A stretch of DNA of 64,000 nucleotides from positions 40,136 through 104,135 of the forward strand of contig JAUCBJ010008264.1 of the NCBI GenBank assembly GCA_032718475.1, read 5' to 3'. The position numbers were made by a program, and so were the translations under genes. This document shows, piece by piece, positions 15,766-27,440 of this stretch. A model generated the notes under the pieces. That model did no database searches. It was not told the DNA's origin and saw nothing but the letters and a program-made list of their open reading frames with translations. Each line of letters opens with the position of its first letter. The stretch's first letter is position 1. This DNA comes from Nemertoderma westbladi (taxonomy: Eukaryota > Animalia > Xenacoelomorpha).

Positions 15766-18347
15766 TTACATACAAACCTCTTCTCCGTTTAAGCAATTGT
15801 CTTGGATTGATTCACTAAAAACGTTTGGAGATACCAAACTGTTTGGGACATCTGGAGAAATGATTAACTTGATGCGTTTCGGTTGATCAAATATTGAGGG
15901 GTCTGAAAGACCGGACTCCAACGCTGGACCAGGTAAATCGCGTTGATGCCCGTATATGAATTGCTGAGTGACACCCGATGTCGTGGGTTGAGGTATAATC
16001 CGGTTATCGGAAGCAACTGGTTCACTATCAGCTTCCAGTGGAATTCTAACAACCAGTTTTACGTTTCTTTCCACTGCAGAAGATGGGAGGCAGTAGCCAC
16101 TGAAGGGCGTAGAGTTCGTGGGTATTCTAACAATATATTTACTTTGGGGGTTTGTAGTTACTGGAAGCAGTGGTCGCTGCTGTGGAGACGACGTATCATA
16201 CATTGTCGGTTTATTAGTAATATGAAGTGATCTTTCGGATTCTTTAGGAATATTATTTTCAAGCGGGAAAGCATTATTGGACACATCCAAAAAACCGCTA
16301 TTAATTTTTTGATTTTTATGGATAAATATGTGATTCTTTAGAGATGCGGCCAATTGATAACGTTTGTCACACACTGGACAAATATGACCAGTGCGTTTGA
16401 TAAAAGACTGTATGGTGCAATTTAAACCATTCTTTCTATTTATGGAGTGGGAAACTACATGAAATATAAGTGATGACTCATCATCAAAACCATCTCCGCA
16501 AAAATGACAATAAAAACGCCAATGTTTAATAAAACCCAAAGGGAAAACTCCTTTTTCTGGAATATTTGAACTGCCTTTAGATGCTCCATTAACTTGTTGC
16601 GCAATTTCACTGCACTCATTTTCATTATCACGGCTATCATTAGCAATAGATTGAGGTGGGTTAAGGCTGGAATTATTTGTCATTTTATTATTACCAAGAG
16701 CAAGACATGTCCTTAATCCGTGGTGATTTGTAATCAACACGCCCACAGTAACACTTCGCGACAGATGTACCCCTGGATGCGTCTTTGATAAATGGTTAGA
16801 AAGTTCCGAGATTGAAGTGAATATTAAAAAACAGCCGGAACACATAAACCGGGATGGAATAGCCAAAACCTCCTTGAGAGAGGCGAATGCATGCGACCGA
16901 TGCCAGGGAGAGCTAGAGTTCAATTCCGGAAAAGATTTTTTTGGAATGCTGTGGGCCAGTTGAATGTGTAGAGGCAATAGCTTAGCATTTGGAAATACTG
17001 TGCTGCAAAAAAGACATACAGAAAATGTACCAACACTTTTCTTGCCATGAGATTTTGATAAATGTTTCGCAAGAACTTGCATCTGTGGGAAGACCCTCGG
17101 GCAATAGTCGCAAATAAATGGATACTCGGACATGTGCGTTTTAACATGAATGCTAAGAGATTCATCACAGCCGAATGTTATGCCACAAGTGTAACAACGG
17201 CTTTGGGGTTTATGAGTATGGTAGGTTTTCAATATGTGACAATACAAACTGTGCCTCTTGGAGAAAGTGAATGAACAGCGCTGGCAGCACAGAGTCTTAC
17301 CCTCCACGTGGTTGAACAAAATGTGATTTTGTTGTTGGACATAGGTTTGAAATACTACACCACAAAACTCGCAAGGAAACCACACATTGTGAGTATGAGT
17401 GGTCGACATGTGCTCTGACAAAGATACATAGTCTAACAATGTCTTATTGCACATGAGACAAGTAATATCTTCGTTATTCTCATGGGAGGGCGATTCGCTC
17501 AAACCAGACTTTGTAATATTAGCAATAACGTCCAAACACTTGTTTAATCTTTTAATACTTGAAGATCCTGATGGTTTTTTGCCTGATGGGATTTTGGCGG
17601 AACTGTGAAGAGGAAATTGTACTTGAGTACTATGATTGTGAACCTCAAAGATATGTTTGTTGAGAAGATTCAATGATGTAAATCCGAATTTGGCACAAAG
17701 TTGACATCGAAGTACCTCGTTCCGCATTAGATCAGCCAAATGAACCTCAAGATCTACTTTTGTGTTGAACGTTCCCCCACAATGAGTGCAGTTTATACAA
17801 GTATTGTCATTATTAGCGAAGGTGTGAATTTGCTTGTGCAACTGTAAGTTATGTAAGTAGTTAAATTCAACCCTGCAAGAGTCACATTTAAATTCCCGGT
17901 CTGCGAAATGACTCCATATATGGGCATCTAGGGCTGCTAACGTCTGAAATTCCTGGTTGTCACAGAATCGACACACTGTATCAACAGGACTGTTTCTGGA
18001 TAGATCTGAGGTTGAGGTTTGCGATTCGTCTCTGGATTTGGGTAAAGCTGGTTGTTGATTTTGTAGATGAGGTTGCATTGGTTCAGAATTTGCTGCAATT
18101 GATGATGATGACCTGATGAGGGCAGTAGAATCTTTCAAGGAAGGTGCACCACCTAAAATAGGAAATATTAATTTAGATTTGAAAGTGATGTGCATGCCGA
18201 ATGGTCTCTACCATTTGGAAAAGTGACTTAATTTGGCATTCCTAACCAAAACAGTAAACGATATATATATATATAATTACAAATGGCATTGTTTGTTTCA
18301 TGTTTAGGCGACGTATTTAATGGACGATTTTGATCCCGATTCGCCAT
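15766..18347 (-). CDS. Multi-C2H2 zinc-finger protein, two exons (18347-18281 and 18152-15766), about 817 aa
   Basis: More than ten CxxC...H...H fingers in the 809-aa ORF. Exon 1 starts at ATG 18347 (MANRDQNRPLNTSPK...) and ends at a phase-1 donor T|gtaatt; this matches the phase-1 acceptor ttttag|GT at 18152. The joined length of 2454 nt is divisible by 3. Confidence 0.88.
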
Positions 18348-18717
18348 GTGACAATATCAAGACGCAGTCAGCAAAATATCATTATCAGATATAGAAACAA
18401 GTCCAGGTTAGTAAGCTGTCTACGGATCTGTAACGAATGTGTTTAGTTAAATAAACTATCGGCTGAGAAAAACGCTACGATTTGGGAGATTTTGTTTGAG
18501 GAGTTTCCGCTAAAGATATTTGGATTGAAAAAAACGTAGTGAAACAAAACACAGTGAAATAAAATGGTTTTTGAGTTTTGCTCTGAAACATCCGAAGTTT
18601 GGCTGTTTTCTTATATCCAGTGGGAGATCGTACCATAACTTTACTATCTGATTCGTGAGACTATAATGGCCATAATATCTTCTACTATGATGTACTTTTT
18701 GGAATTACAGATTTAGT

Positions 18718-18847
18718 CAAGTCGAGTACTTTGAATGTTCTGGAATTAATGATTTTGACAAGTCGAGTGCTTTGAATGTTCTGGAATTAATGATTTTGAA
18801 AAGTCGAGTACTTTGAATGTTCTGGAATTAATGATTTTGTCAAGTCG
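18718..18847. repeat. 41-bp tandem repeat, about 3.2 copies
   Basis: CAAGTCGAGTACTTTGAATGTTCTGGAATTAATGATTTTGA is repeated with few substitutions. Confidence 0.9.
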
Positions 18848-20029
18848 TGGAAGTTGCGGTAAGTCTAGAAATTTCAATGGGAATCAGATACCGGCCCAAA
18901 CTCACAAAAAGTGGCCAAAAACGTTTCCCACACGAATCGACTTAATTTTAGAATGATATTTTTTTGGAACCTAGTAAATTTATACATATTTTTGAAGATC
19001 ATTTTATGGTCCAACAGATGCACAAAATCATACTGCGACCCCGTCTTTGAAAGACTTTACAGACGTTTTAGTACTAAAAAAAAGCAGGTTTTTCAATTGT
19101 CCAAAAAAGTTGATTGTATTCTGGGGGATGTATTTTGACATCTACTGGGTGTATTTCAACAAGTTATAGCTACATTTTAAAGCTAAATAATAGAGGAATG
19201 CAATGGAATAACTTCCAAATTGTTTTATTGATATCATATTGAAATACAACAATAGATAATATACCCCTATTTTTGAAAATTTTTGAAAAATGTTTTTTAA
19301 AAATTTTTGAAAAATATTTTTGAAAATTTTTGTCCCAAACGGTAACACCTATTATGATTTTGATTGAGTACCAGTTAAATAACTGGGAGCAAATCTTGGG
19401 ATAGGAGTAGCGCCCACCCCTACCCTCGGGTAGAAGCTATCGAAAGAGGAGCCTTCGGGTCGCCTCCGGCTTCGGCCGACTGTTTGCTTGCTTGCTTTTT
19501 TGTATATGATTTTAGAGATTGGGCACTGTGGGTCAGTGGAACTGCACGCACAGCACACACGCAAACAGGTAGAGACCTACTTAAAGCGAAGTGATTTAAT
19601 GAGTGCGGATACCGCTATCGTTGGCAAATAGATAATGCAGGTGCAGGATGAGTGACAGCTTGTGTCGTGTCCATCAACCCCAGGACGCGTTACAGCGACA
19701 GCACTTGACCTTTTTGACTAACTGACACCCAGCTGCCCAGTTAGGACTTGATGACAACTGGTTGGACCTCAACATATACCCGATAATTACTGGCACGTGG
19801 TTGATCTAACTGGCACCAAGTTGGACCTGGTGACACTTGGTTGACTAGCCACTGGCGCGCAAAAGTAAGGTATTTTATATTACAGATACTACTGTAGTAA
19901 GTCAATAAATTCGCAAAGGACAGACTGAATGGTTTTCCAAATCTGTGAATGTCTTTGATAGATCAATAATGTTTGCTCCCTTATCATTGCCGCTACCAGC
20001 TGCTAAACTTATAGTGCCATATAGCAACA

Positions 20030-21232
20030 CAGTCCAAGATTCTGCAAAGTCATAATGTTATACAAAGGCGGATAACCGAGAGATTCTAATAACTACAGGC
20101 CCAACTCTCTACTCCCAGTTGTATCTAAAATCTACGAAATAATAATCAACCGCAACTGCAATCCTACTTAGCTAAATATAATATACTAAACAAAGCTCAA
20201 TTTGGGTTCCGTGCTAAAACTTCTACATCGCAAACGCTACTTACAGTAATAGAAAAAATACGCCAGGCTTTAGACCAAAAAAAATCTACTTGTGCTATTT
20301 ATATAGATCTAAAAAAGGCCTTTGATACGCTAAACCATAAAATACTAATTTCTAAGCCAGAATCCTACGGTATCATAGGTACTCCTAACCTACTCTTTGC
20401 TAGTTTTCTATTTCAATAGATATAGTAGATTTTAATACGTCTCTATCAATAACCATACCTCGACTCTTGAACCTCAGCTCTGCGGAGTACCGCAAGGTGG
20501 CGCACTTTCTCCTATTCTTTTTCTACTTTATATTAACGACCTACCTAATGCTTCAACCTTATTGTCCACACTATTCGCAGATGACACTACTCTATACTAT
20601 TCCAACCCAAATTCTAACGAACTCTAACACTAATATCCAACTAAATAAAGTTGCCGATTGGTTAAAGGCCAATTGTTTATCACTTAACCTTTCCAAAACT
20701 GAATATTCAATATTTTCTAACATAATTAATGATGTGACCCAAATTCCAGGCCTCAAAATTAACAATCATAAAATTAATTACTCGGCCAGCACAAAATTCC
20801 TTGGAGTTGGGGGTTGACAATAAGTTATCTTGGCAACCATATGTTAAATATATTCTTAAGAAAATTTCTAGAACGTCCGGGCTATTCTATAAACTACGTC
20901 ATATCTTTCCTCTATATATTCTTCGCCAGCTATATTTCAGTCTAATCCACCCCTTCTTACACTACGGACTCCTAATATGGGGCAGTACTAATTCTACTAC
21001 ACTCAAACCTCTCAGAATTAAAATCAACAAACTACTCCGTTGTATGACATTCAACCATTATCAGGCCTCATCAGCTCCTTTATATAAGTCACTTAATATC
21101 CCTCTTTACAATGTCTATTTAAACATCAGACTGCTCTATTCATGCATGACATATATTCCCATAGGATTAATCCTCTGTCAGATTTAGGTAAATTTAGGTA
21201 CTTTTTAGAAAACCTCAGCCTCTCACCAGTAT
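20030..21232 (+). pseudogene. Degenerate LINE (CR1/L2-group-like) reverse transcriptase, 5'-truncated, left part
   Basis: Frameshifted motifs NYRP.SLLPVVSKIYE, QFGFR, IYIDLKKAFDTLNH, GVPQG..LSP.LFLLYINDLP, LFADDT, KFLGV..DNKLSW and LYFSLIHPFLHYGLLIWG. Confidence 0.9.
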
Positions 21233-21580
21233 TGTAAGCCGGGTTTTCAGAATAATAATAAGAGTCCGACAGTCCGATAGTATATTATTATCCACAATAA
21301 GGCCAAAACACAAATATAAGTAAAATCAGAAAATAGTAGGATACCATACCGGTAGTACCTACAGCAGTATAACAGTATAAACAACAGACAGACAGACCAA
21401 GAACTACTACTGTCTGCTACAGTCCTACTGTCCTACACGTACACCGCGTATGAATATTTCCTAAGTACTATATCTAAGAAAAAGGTAGTACGGCGGTTGT
21501 ATATCATATCTCACATCTACTGTATCTAAGAAAAAGGAAAATGTAGTACGTAGTACGGCGGTTATATCTCATATCTCACA
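21233..21580 (-). repeat. 3' LTR of the Gypsy element (348 bp)
   Basis: Begins TGTGAGAT just after the polypurine tract and ends GGCTTACA on the minus strand. Its 21410-21580 part is identical to 26908-27078. Confidence 0.92.
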
Positions 21581-22302
21581 TCTTCCCCCCGGTACAAAAC
21601 AAATCGCTTGTCCTCAAGCGATTCTACAGTATTACACAATAACTGAAATACGATGTAATTGACAACAGTCTAGTAGACACTAAATAAGTAAAAAAAATGG
21701 AAATGTCCCTTTACTGAAAATATCAGAGATAAACTATTTCACAACATCAAGTTTCACAATCACAACAAACCTAGATTATTTATCAAAGATAAAACAATAT
21801 GATGCATAACATAATAAATTCCACAATGGCACTTAGTGCAAAACAACCAATATAAAAAAAATGGCAACTGTTCAGGGATATCTATAGCCTCCTTCCTTTA
21901 AGCATTGCTCAATAATAACACCAACAACATATTAGGCCTACTGTACCTTTAGTAATCTACTATAAAAGCACGTAAACCGCTGCTTACAGAAAGTAATTAA
22001 TTATATTCTTAGCTTCTAGTCTATAATAAGTCTACCATAGAAAACCCACAAAATGTTACTTACACAAACGAGTTTGTTAAATTGAGTTTTTATTTTAAAC
22101 CAAGAACAAGCATTAAACACAACTACAGTATACATACAGTATGGCTATATATATAAAAAATAAACCCCACATGGATTCACTACATTTGACTATACTCGAC
22201 CCATGTTCCCCATACTTTACATTATTTTCACAGTTTCAATTTTGTTCCTTTCTTATATGGGTCCCGTACATAGTGTGAGACTTAAAACGCCTCCGACACC
22301 AA

Positions 22303-25300
22303 TTAGTCACTCTCAACCGCAGGAACCGTCGCCTCTGACGAATTATCACTTCGGCGAATGTACCTCTTTAAATCCTTAATATTAACCGTCTTTACCGGTG
22401 TTCTAGCCAACACACGTTTGCGGGGTGGTCTAATTCTGTAGGTCAAAGGTGACAACTTCTTTACAATAATATATGGACCAGCCCAAGGATGTCGAAGTTT
22501 GTTGTTCTTTCGTTTAATGCTACGGTCAAAGTAAAGAACTTGTTGTCCGCAACGAAATTCCTGTGGAATTTTTATTACAGCTTTGTTCACCCGTTTATCG
22601 TGGTACACTTTCTGATGAACCTGGGCTTGCTGCAAACATTTCCGAGCTATATCCTGAGATTCTTGAAGTCTCCATTTCAACACTTCGGGGTATTCAGCAG
22701 TATCAGCGATTATGGAATACGGCCGTTCAATGAATGTATCTACTGGGACACGTGGTGTTCTGCCAAACATCATAAAGAATGGTGACACTTGTGTGCTACT
22801 TTGTTTGCTAATGTTGTAATTAAAAGCAACGAGGGGAAGTGATTCATCCCATCTGTTATTATCTGTACATGTTAACGACAACATGCTTAACATTGACCTG
22901 TTGGTACGTTCTGCCGCACCATTGCAAGCAGGATTATAAACAGCCGTTCTAAGGTGAGTGATGCCAAAGAGATTTTCTAATTCCTTGAAAAGATCCGAAA
23001 GAAAGTTACTTCCCTGATCAGTTAGAATGGTTTCTGGAGATCCGTACACTAGAAAAATATTGTTGACAAGAGCTTTAGCAACAGTTGTCGCCTCTTCATT
23101 TGGAAGTGGTATTAAGAACCAGTACTTGGTTAAATTATCAATAACAGATAATATTTTGTTATTTCCATTAACAGTTTGTGGGAACCCCTTTACAATGTCC
23201 ATAGAATGTCTCTCCATAGTTCTGGAAGGAATGGGAATGGGATGCACAGGCTGTAATGCAGGATAACCTTTTCGACGTTGACAGAGGTCACACCCTTTAA
23301 TATACTTATCAGCAGTCCCTTGCAAGTTAACCCAATAATAACGAGTCTGAATTGATGACATTACTTTATCAAGACCCAAATGCGATGATTGATCATGAAA
23401 ATAATACAAGATCTGCTTACGAAGTAGTTCTGGAACAACAACTTGGATAACCTTTGACGATGTCTTTGCTTTCGAAAAATGTACCAATAATCCATCTACA
23501 AGACCATAATGGGTCTTTAGTTTATACATATGTTTCAACTCGCTTAACTCTACATCTGTTGAAGGTAATGTTCCATATTCTAGAAATGAAATCATTGGTC
23601 CTAAGTTCCTATCAGTTCGTTGAAAATGTCGTAACATACTGACAGAAATAAATCCAGAATTCTGCGGATGACCCACAGATCCAATGAAGTGATGTTGTAA
23701 CGAATCGATCTCTAAACTGTCATCAACATCACCTGCAGATTGTACAATAGCTTCTATGTCGGAACACTGAGATACAATATCACCAATATCAGTTTCAAGA
23801 ATGGTAAGATTATGTTCTACTTCATTAATAATATTCTGTAAGGCAGTAGGCTCATCATATGAAGGTTCGGCTTCGAGTATTAATATATTTAAAGCTATAC
23901 TGGCAACATCAACGACCAGTAATGGATCTCTAATGTAGCTGTCTATGCTATTATTCACCTCCCTTTGATTGGGTTGTATCATACCACAGAGGCAACGGTG
24001 TTCATCACTGGAACTAGATAAATTCTCCCTTGCAGCTTGCGTATTACTCACAATCGCATCGGAACATCTGTTACTCGGTAACATAGGAAAATCGATTTGA
24101 CGGGACAGAAAATCTGCTTTATTTAGCTTACCAGGTTGATAACGAACTGTATATTGATATTCGGACAACTTTATAGCCCATCTCTGCAAACGGCCTGGAA
24201 GTTGTTGTTTACTAGAAAGACACGTCAAAGGATTATGATCCGAAATAATAGTAAATGGTCTACCAAGTAAATAGAAGCGGAACTTGGTAGTGGCCCATAC
24301 TAACGCAAGACACTCCAGTTCTGTAATACTCCATTTAGCCTCACTAACACTGATAGACCTGGAAGCATACGCAATTACTTGATCAGATTGATAAAGAACA
24401 GCACCTAAACCTGATCCACTAGCATCAGTCTCAAGAAAAAATTCTGAATGAAAATCTGGATGCCCAAGAATTGGTGATGATGTTAAACGACGTTTCAGCT
24501 CCAAGAATGCCTCTTCGCAATCAACTGTCCACAGGAAACGAACATTCTTCCGTAACAGCATATTTAAAGGAGCTGTTATCTTACTATAGTCTTTAATAAA
24601 CTTGCGATAAAATCCTGTAAACCCAAGAAAACTTCTCAACAGTTTTACACTAGTAGGCCTGGGATAATTACACATGGCTGTAGCCTTCTCATGATCAACG
24701 TGTATACCTTTACTATCTATGATATGGCCCAGGAATTTAACACAGGAAGCCCCAAATACACATTTGGCTGGTTTGAGTTTGAGTCCTATATCAGTAAGAC
24801 TTTGCAATGTAACTTTAATTAACTCTAGGTGGGATTCCCAATCGTTTGAATATAAAATAAGATCGTCGAGATACACTAATGCATGGGTAATATCCTCAAT
24901 AGCAAGCTGCATTAGTCTCTGGCAAGTTGCCGGGGAACTTTGTAAACCAAAAGGAAGGCGTAAGAATTCGTAGTGTCCCCATGGTGTAACAAAGGCAGTC
25001 TTATGTGTGTCTGCAGGATCAAGTGGTATTTGCCAAAACATCCAACGGAAGTCGAGGGCTGTGAAATATTTAGGAGAAGATGCCCCAATTTCCGATAACA
25101 TTTCGTCTACCCGGGGTAAGGGCCAAAACTGCGGAACTGAAACCGAATTGAGGCCACGTAAATCAACCGCTAACCTCCATCCACCATCTGACTTCTTAAC
25201 TATAACAATAGGGGCAGCCCATTCACTAACACTGGGACGTATAACCCCAATTTCCTGCATTTTTGTTAAACGCTGTTTTAACTGTGGTCGTATGGCTATA

Positions 25301-25581
25301 GGTACAGCATAAGGTTTCTGACGAACATGTGTTGCCCCTTCCTTTAATTGAATGTTATGAGTAATTTTTCCAGTTTTGCCTATATCGTATTCACCCTTAG
25401 AAAAAGTATCAGGGAAATTGGAAGCAATATTAATTATATCAGCACGTTGTTTGTCAGTTAAATGGTCCAATTTCAGCTCCTTATTAAAAAAATCAACCTT
25501 TTCTGCATTTTCATCAGGGTCATCATCATCAATGACATTATCAATTTGATCAACTGACACTACATTGGGTGAGGTCTGATT
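22303..25581 (-). CDS. pol: Gypsy Pol: reverse transcriptase, RNase H, integrase with GPY/F tail
   Basis: Motifs WAAPIVIV, LPFGLQSSP, YLDD, ETDAS, SDHNPL, H..SSH...CDLC, MDIV..TDQGSNF..GAAER and WAGPY. The frame is open up to the single TAA at 25582-25584. Confidence 0.95.
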   Translation of the reverse strand, partial: NQTSPNVVSVDQIDNVIDDDDPDENAEKVDFFNKELKLDHLTDKQRADIINIASNFPDTFSKGEYDIGKTGKITHNIQLKEGATHVRQKPYAVPIAIRPQLKQRLTKMQEIGVIRPSVSEWAAPIVIVKKSDGGWRLAVDLRGLNSVSVPQFWPLPRVDEMLSEIGASSPKYFTALDFRWMFWQIPLDPADTHKTAFVTPWGHYEFLRLPFGLQSSPATCQRLMQLAIEDITHALVYLDDLILYSNDWESHLELIKVTLQSLTDIGLKLKPAKCVFGASCVKFLGHIIDSKGIHVDHEKATAMCNYPRPTSVKLLRSFLGFTGFYRKFIKDYSKITAPLNMLLRKNVRFLWTVDCEEAFLELKRRLTSSPILGHPDFHSEFFLETDASGSGLGAVLYQSDQVIAYASRSISVSEAKWSITELECLALVWATTKFRFYLLGRPFTIISDHNPLTCLSSKQQLPGRLQRWAIKLSEYQYTVRYQPGKLNKADFLSRQIDFPMLPSNRCSDAIVSNTQAARENLSSSSDEHRCLCGMIQPNQREVNNSIDSYIRDPLLVVDVASIALNILILEAEPSYDEPTALQNIINEVEHNLTILETDIGDIVSQCSDIEAIVQSAGDVDDSLEIDSLQHHFIGSVGHPQNSGFISVSMLRHFQRTDRNLGPMISFLEYGTLPSTDVELSELKHMYKLKTHYGLVDGLLVHFSKAKTSSKVIQVVVPELLRKQILYYFHDQSSHLGLDKVMSSIQTRYYWVNLQGTADKYIKGCDLCQRRKGYPALQPVHPIPIPSRTMERHSMDIVKGFPQTVNGNNKILSVIDNLTKYWFLIPLPNEEATTVAKALVNNIFLVYGSPETILTDQGSNFLSDLFKELENLFGITHLRTAVYNPACNGAAERTNRSMLSMLSLTCTDNNRWDESLPLVAFNYNISKQSSTQVSPFFMMFGRTPRVPVDTFIERPYSIIADTAEYPEVLKWRLQESQDIARKCLQQAQVHQKVYHDKRVNKAVIKIPQEFRCGQQVLYFDRSIKRKNNKLRHPWAGPYIIVKKLSPLTYRIRPPRKRVLARTPVKTVNIKDLKRYIRRSDNSSEATVPAVESD

Positions 25582-26910
25582 TTAGTCTAAGCAAGTAAAA
25601 CATGCTATACGTTGTTTCTCATATACCGTCACTGCGAAGTCATTCACGTTCATTATTTGAACAGGTACAGTACTATTGTTATTAACACTTGAATCAAATA
25701 CACTTTTAGCTGTCATAATTTGAGTTTTAGACCTAGTCACTGGTTCTAATACAATAGGTGTAGTTGGTCTAACAGCTGACTTAAATTGCCCTTCTATAAT
25801 AGCATGTGCATTTGGGGGTATGACGACACGTTTACTACTAATGATGGATGTTGTAGCCCAGTACGTATGAGACGCGTTTTGGTTATCACTGACAACAGGT
25901 TGGTTGGAAAAATAAACACATTCACCATTACTTAAACGTAAACAACAATTAAAAACATCAATAACCGCTCTACTAATATCAAGGAAATCAGAGCCTAAAA
26001 CAATAAATGTTTCGCTATGAGATAAACCTGTTAATGATAAATCCACCACATCAAAAGTTACTTGTATAGAAAATGACGGGGTAATAAAAACACGGGTTGT
26101 AATTTCACCTAAAACCTTAAGTGAACCACCTAAACCTTGAACTGAATCAGTTCTACTAGGCTGTATAGTAACATTTGGAGCCACTTTACTAACATCAATC
26201 ATACTATAATCTGAACCACTATCTAGTAAACTTAAAATTTTACCACTATTAAACTCCGAAATCGAATCTTGTATACACCGACTCGATTTATTTCTACGGC
26301 TGGTAGTGGCATTGCTTTGTGGTTGTGTACGTGTAAATTGTGGGGTTGGAGGCTGTGATTGGTTTTGCCAATTAGGTTGGGGGCTGTAATTCCCATTGAA
26401 ATTTGAGCATTTATTAGGGCAGTTGGGGCGAATGTGACCTGGTTCCCCACAATTGTAACACGTAACCCCATAATTAACTGACCTACCATGAGTACCGGTA
26501 CCTACTATTGGCACGTTATTATCAACATTACTACGATAATTATTATTATCAACATTACCACGATAATTATTATTATCAACATTACCACGATAATAATTAT
26601 TGTCAACATTACCACGATAATAATTATTATTATCCCGAAATCGATACGGCCTACTTGTATTACTGATATTTCTGTCGGTTAATCTGCTCGGATCCCTTCC
26701 AGTAGAACCACAACTAGCCAGTTTTAAACTAGCCATTTCTCGCTGTAGTTGGTCAACTTGATCGTAGAGATGCGCTGTGGGTGTCGATTGATTTTTAAGT
26801 AAACCGCGGATTTCATCCATATCCTTTTCTAGTTTATCGGTATTCGTAACGCCCTTATGGTCACCACATTGTAACCGTAATTGGCGGGGATTACTCCAAG
26901 ATTCCCGCTG
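25582..26910 (-). CDS. gag: Gypsy Gag C-terminus (zinc knuckle), aspartic protease and dUTPase-like segment; N-terminus deleted
   Basis: CYNCGEPGHIRPNC knuckle, LLDSGS protease, VLGSDFL, and a downstream VVIPP...VPVQIMN segment typical of Gypsy dUTPase-like remnants. The frame stays open upstream of the ATG to the LTR junction. Confidence 0.9.
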   Translation of the reverse strand, partial: QRESWSNPRQLRLQCGDHKGVTNTDKLEKDMDEIRGLLKNQSTPTAHLYDQVDQLQREMASLKLASCGSTGRDPSRLTDRNISNTSRPYRFRDNNNYYRGNVDNNYYRGNVDNNNYRGNVDNNNYRSNVDNNVPIVGTGTHGRSVNYGVTCYNCGEPGHIRPNCPNKCSNFNGNYSPQPNWQNQSQPPTPQFTRTQPQSNATTSRRNKSSRCIQDSISEFNSGKILSLLDSGSDYSMIDVSKVAPNVTIQPSRTDSVQGLGGSLKVLGEITTRVFITPSFSIQVTFDVVDLSLTGLSHSETFIVLGSDFLDISRAVIDVFNCCLRLSNGECVYFSNQPVVSDNQNASHTYWATTSIISSKRVVIPPNAHAIIEGQFKSAVRPTTPIVLEPVTRSKTQIMTAKSVFDSSVNNNSTVPVQIMNVNDFAVTVYEKQRIACFTCLD

Positions 26911-27078
26911 TCTGCTACAGTCCTACTGTCCTACACGTACACCGCGTATGAATATTTCCTAAGTACTATATCTAAGAAAAAGGTAGTACGGCGGTTGTAT
27001 ATCATATCTCACATCTACTGTATCTAAGAAAAAGGAAAATGTAGTACGTAGTACGGCGGTTATATCTCATATCTCACA
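26908..27078 (-). repeat. Truncated 5' LTR (171 bp)
   Basis: Identical by eye to 21410-21580. It is fused directly to gag at a CTG microhomology. Confidence 0.92.
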
Positions 27079-27082
27079 GTAT

Positions 27083-27440
27083 CACACCGGGTCATCAGCT
27101 CACGGTAATTTCCTCATCCCCCTCACTAGATGAGATATCGCACAGCGATCTATTAATTATATATCTCGGACTCTCGGTCCTACCATTTATCAAGCAATCT
27201 CCTTCGAAGCAATGCTTTTCCAAAAGCTTCAAACATTACTTACTTTCTAATCTATATAATATAAATATATGTATATATATATACCGGTACTGTACTTTAT
27301 ATGGTAGCTACAGTACAGTTTAAATACATACAGTGTATAATTTAAAGTTTAGTATATACATACAGTATACACTCTATTCGTACTCGCAAAACTATTCGTA
27401 TATTCTGTCTATATGGCAAATAAATTTCAAGTTCAAGTTA
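27083..27440 (+). pseudogene. 3' end of the interrupted LINE
   Basis: Continues the C-terminal LINE motif (H.YHT...GNFLIP..R...Q.S..Y) across the GTAT TSD. It ends in AATAAA plus a (TTCAAG)n-like tail. Confidence 0.75.

Larger units (their letters stand above)
21233..27078 (-). mobile_element. Ty3/Gypsy LTR retrotransposon, young, with an internal deletion of the primer-binding site (PBS) and 5' gag
   Basis: TG...CA ends; 4-bp TSD GTAT at 21229-21232 and 27079-27082. Polypurine tract GGGGGGAAGA (minus strand, 21581-21590) adjoins the 3' LTR. Domain order is PR-RT-RH-IN. Confidence 0.95.

Noticed and set aside
15690-15777. 22-nt GT-AG micro-intron extending the zinc-finger protein by ELFDNKEMFTELRPLELIETS
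   Set aside because: It is much shorter than the other introns here (65-130 nt), and the short open frame could be chance.
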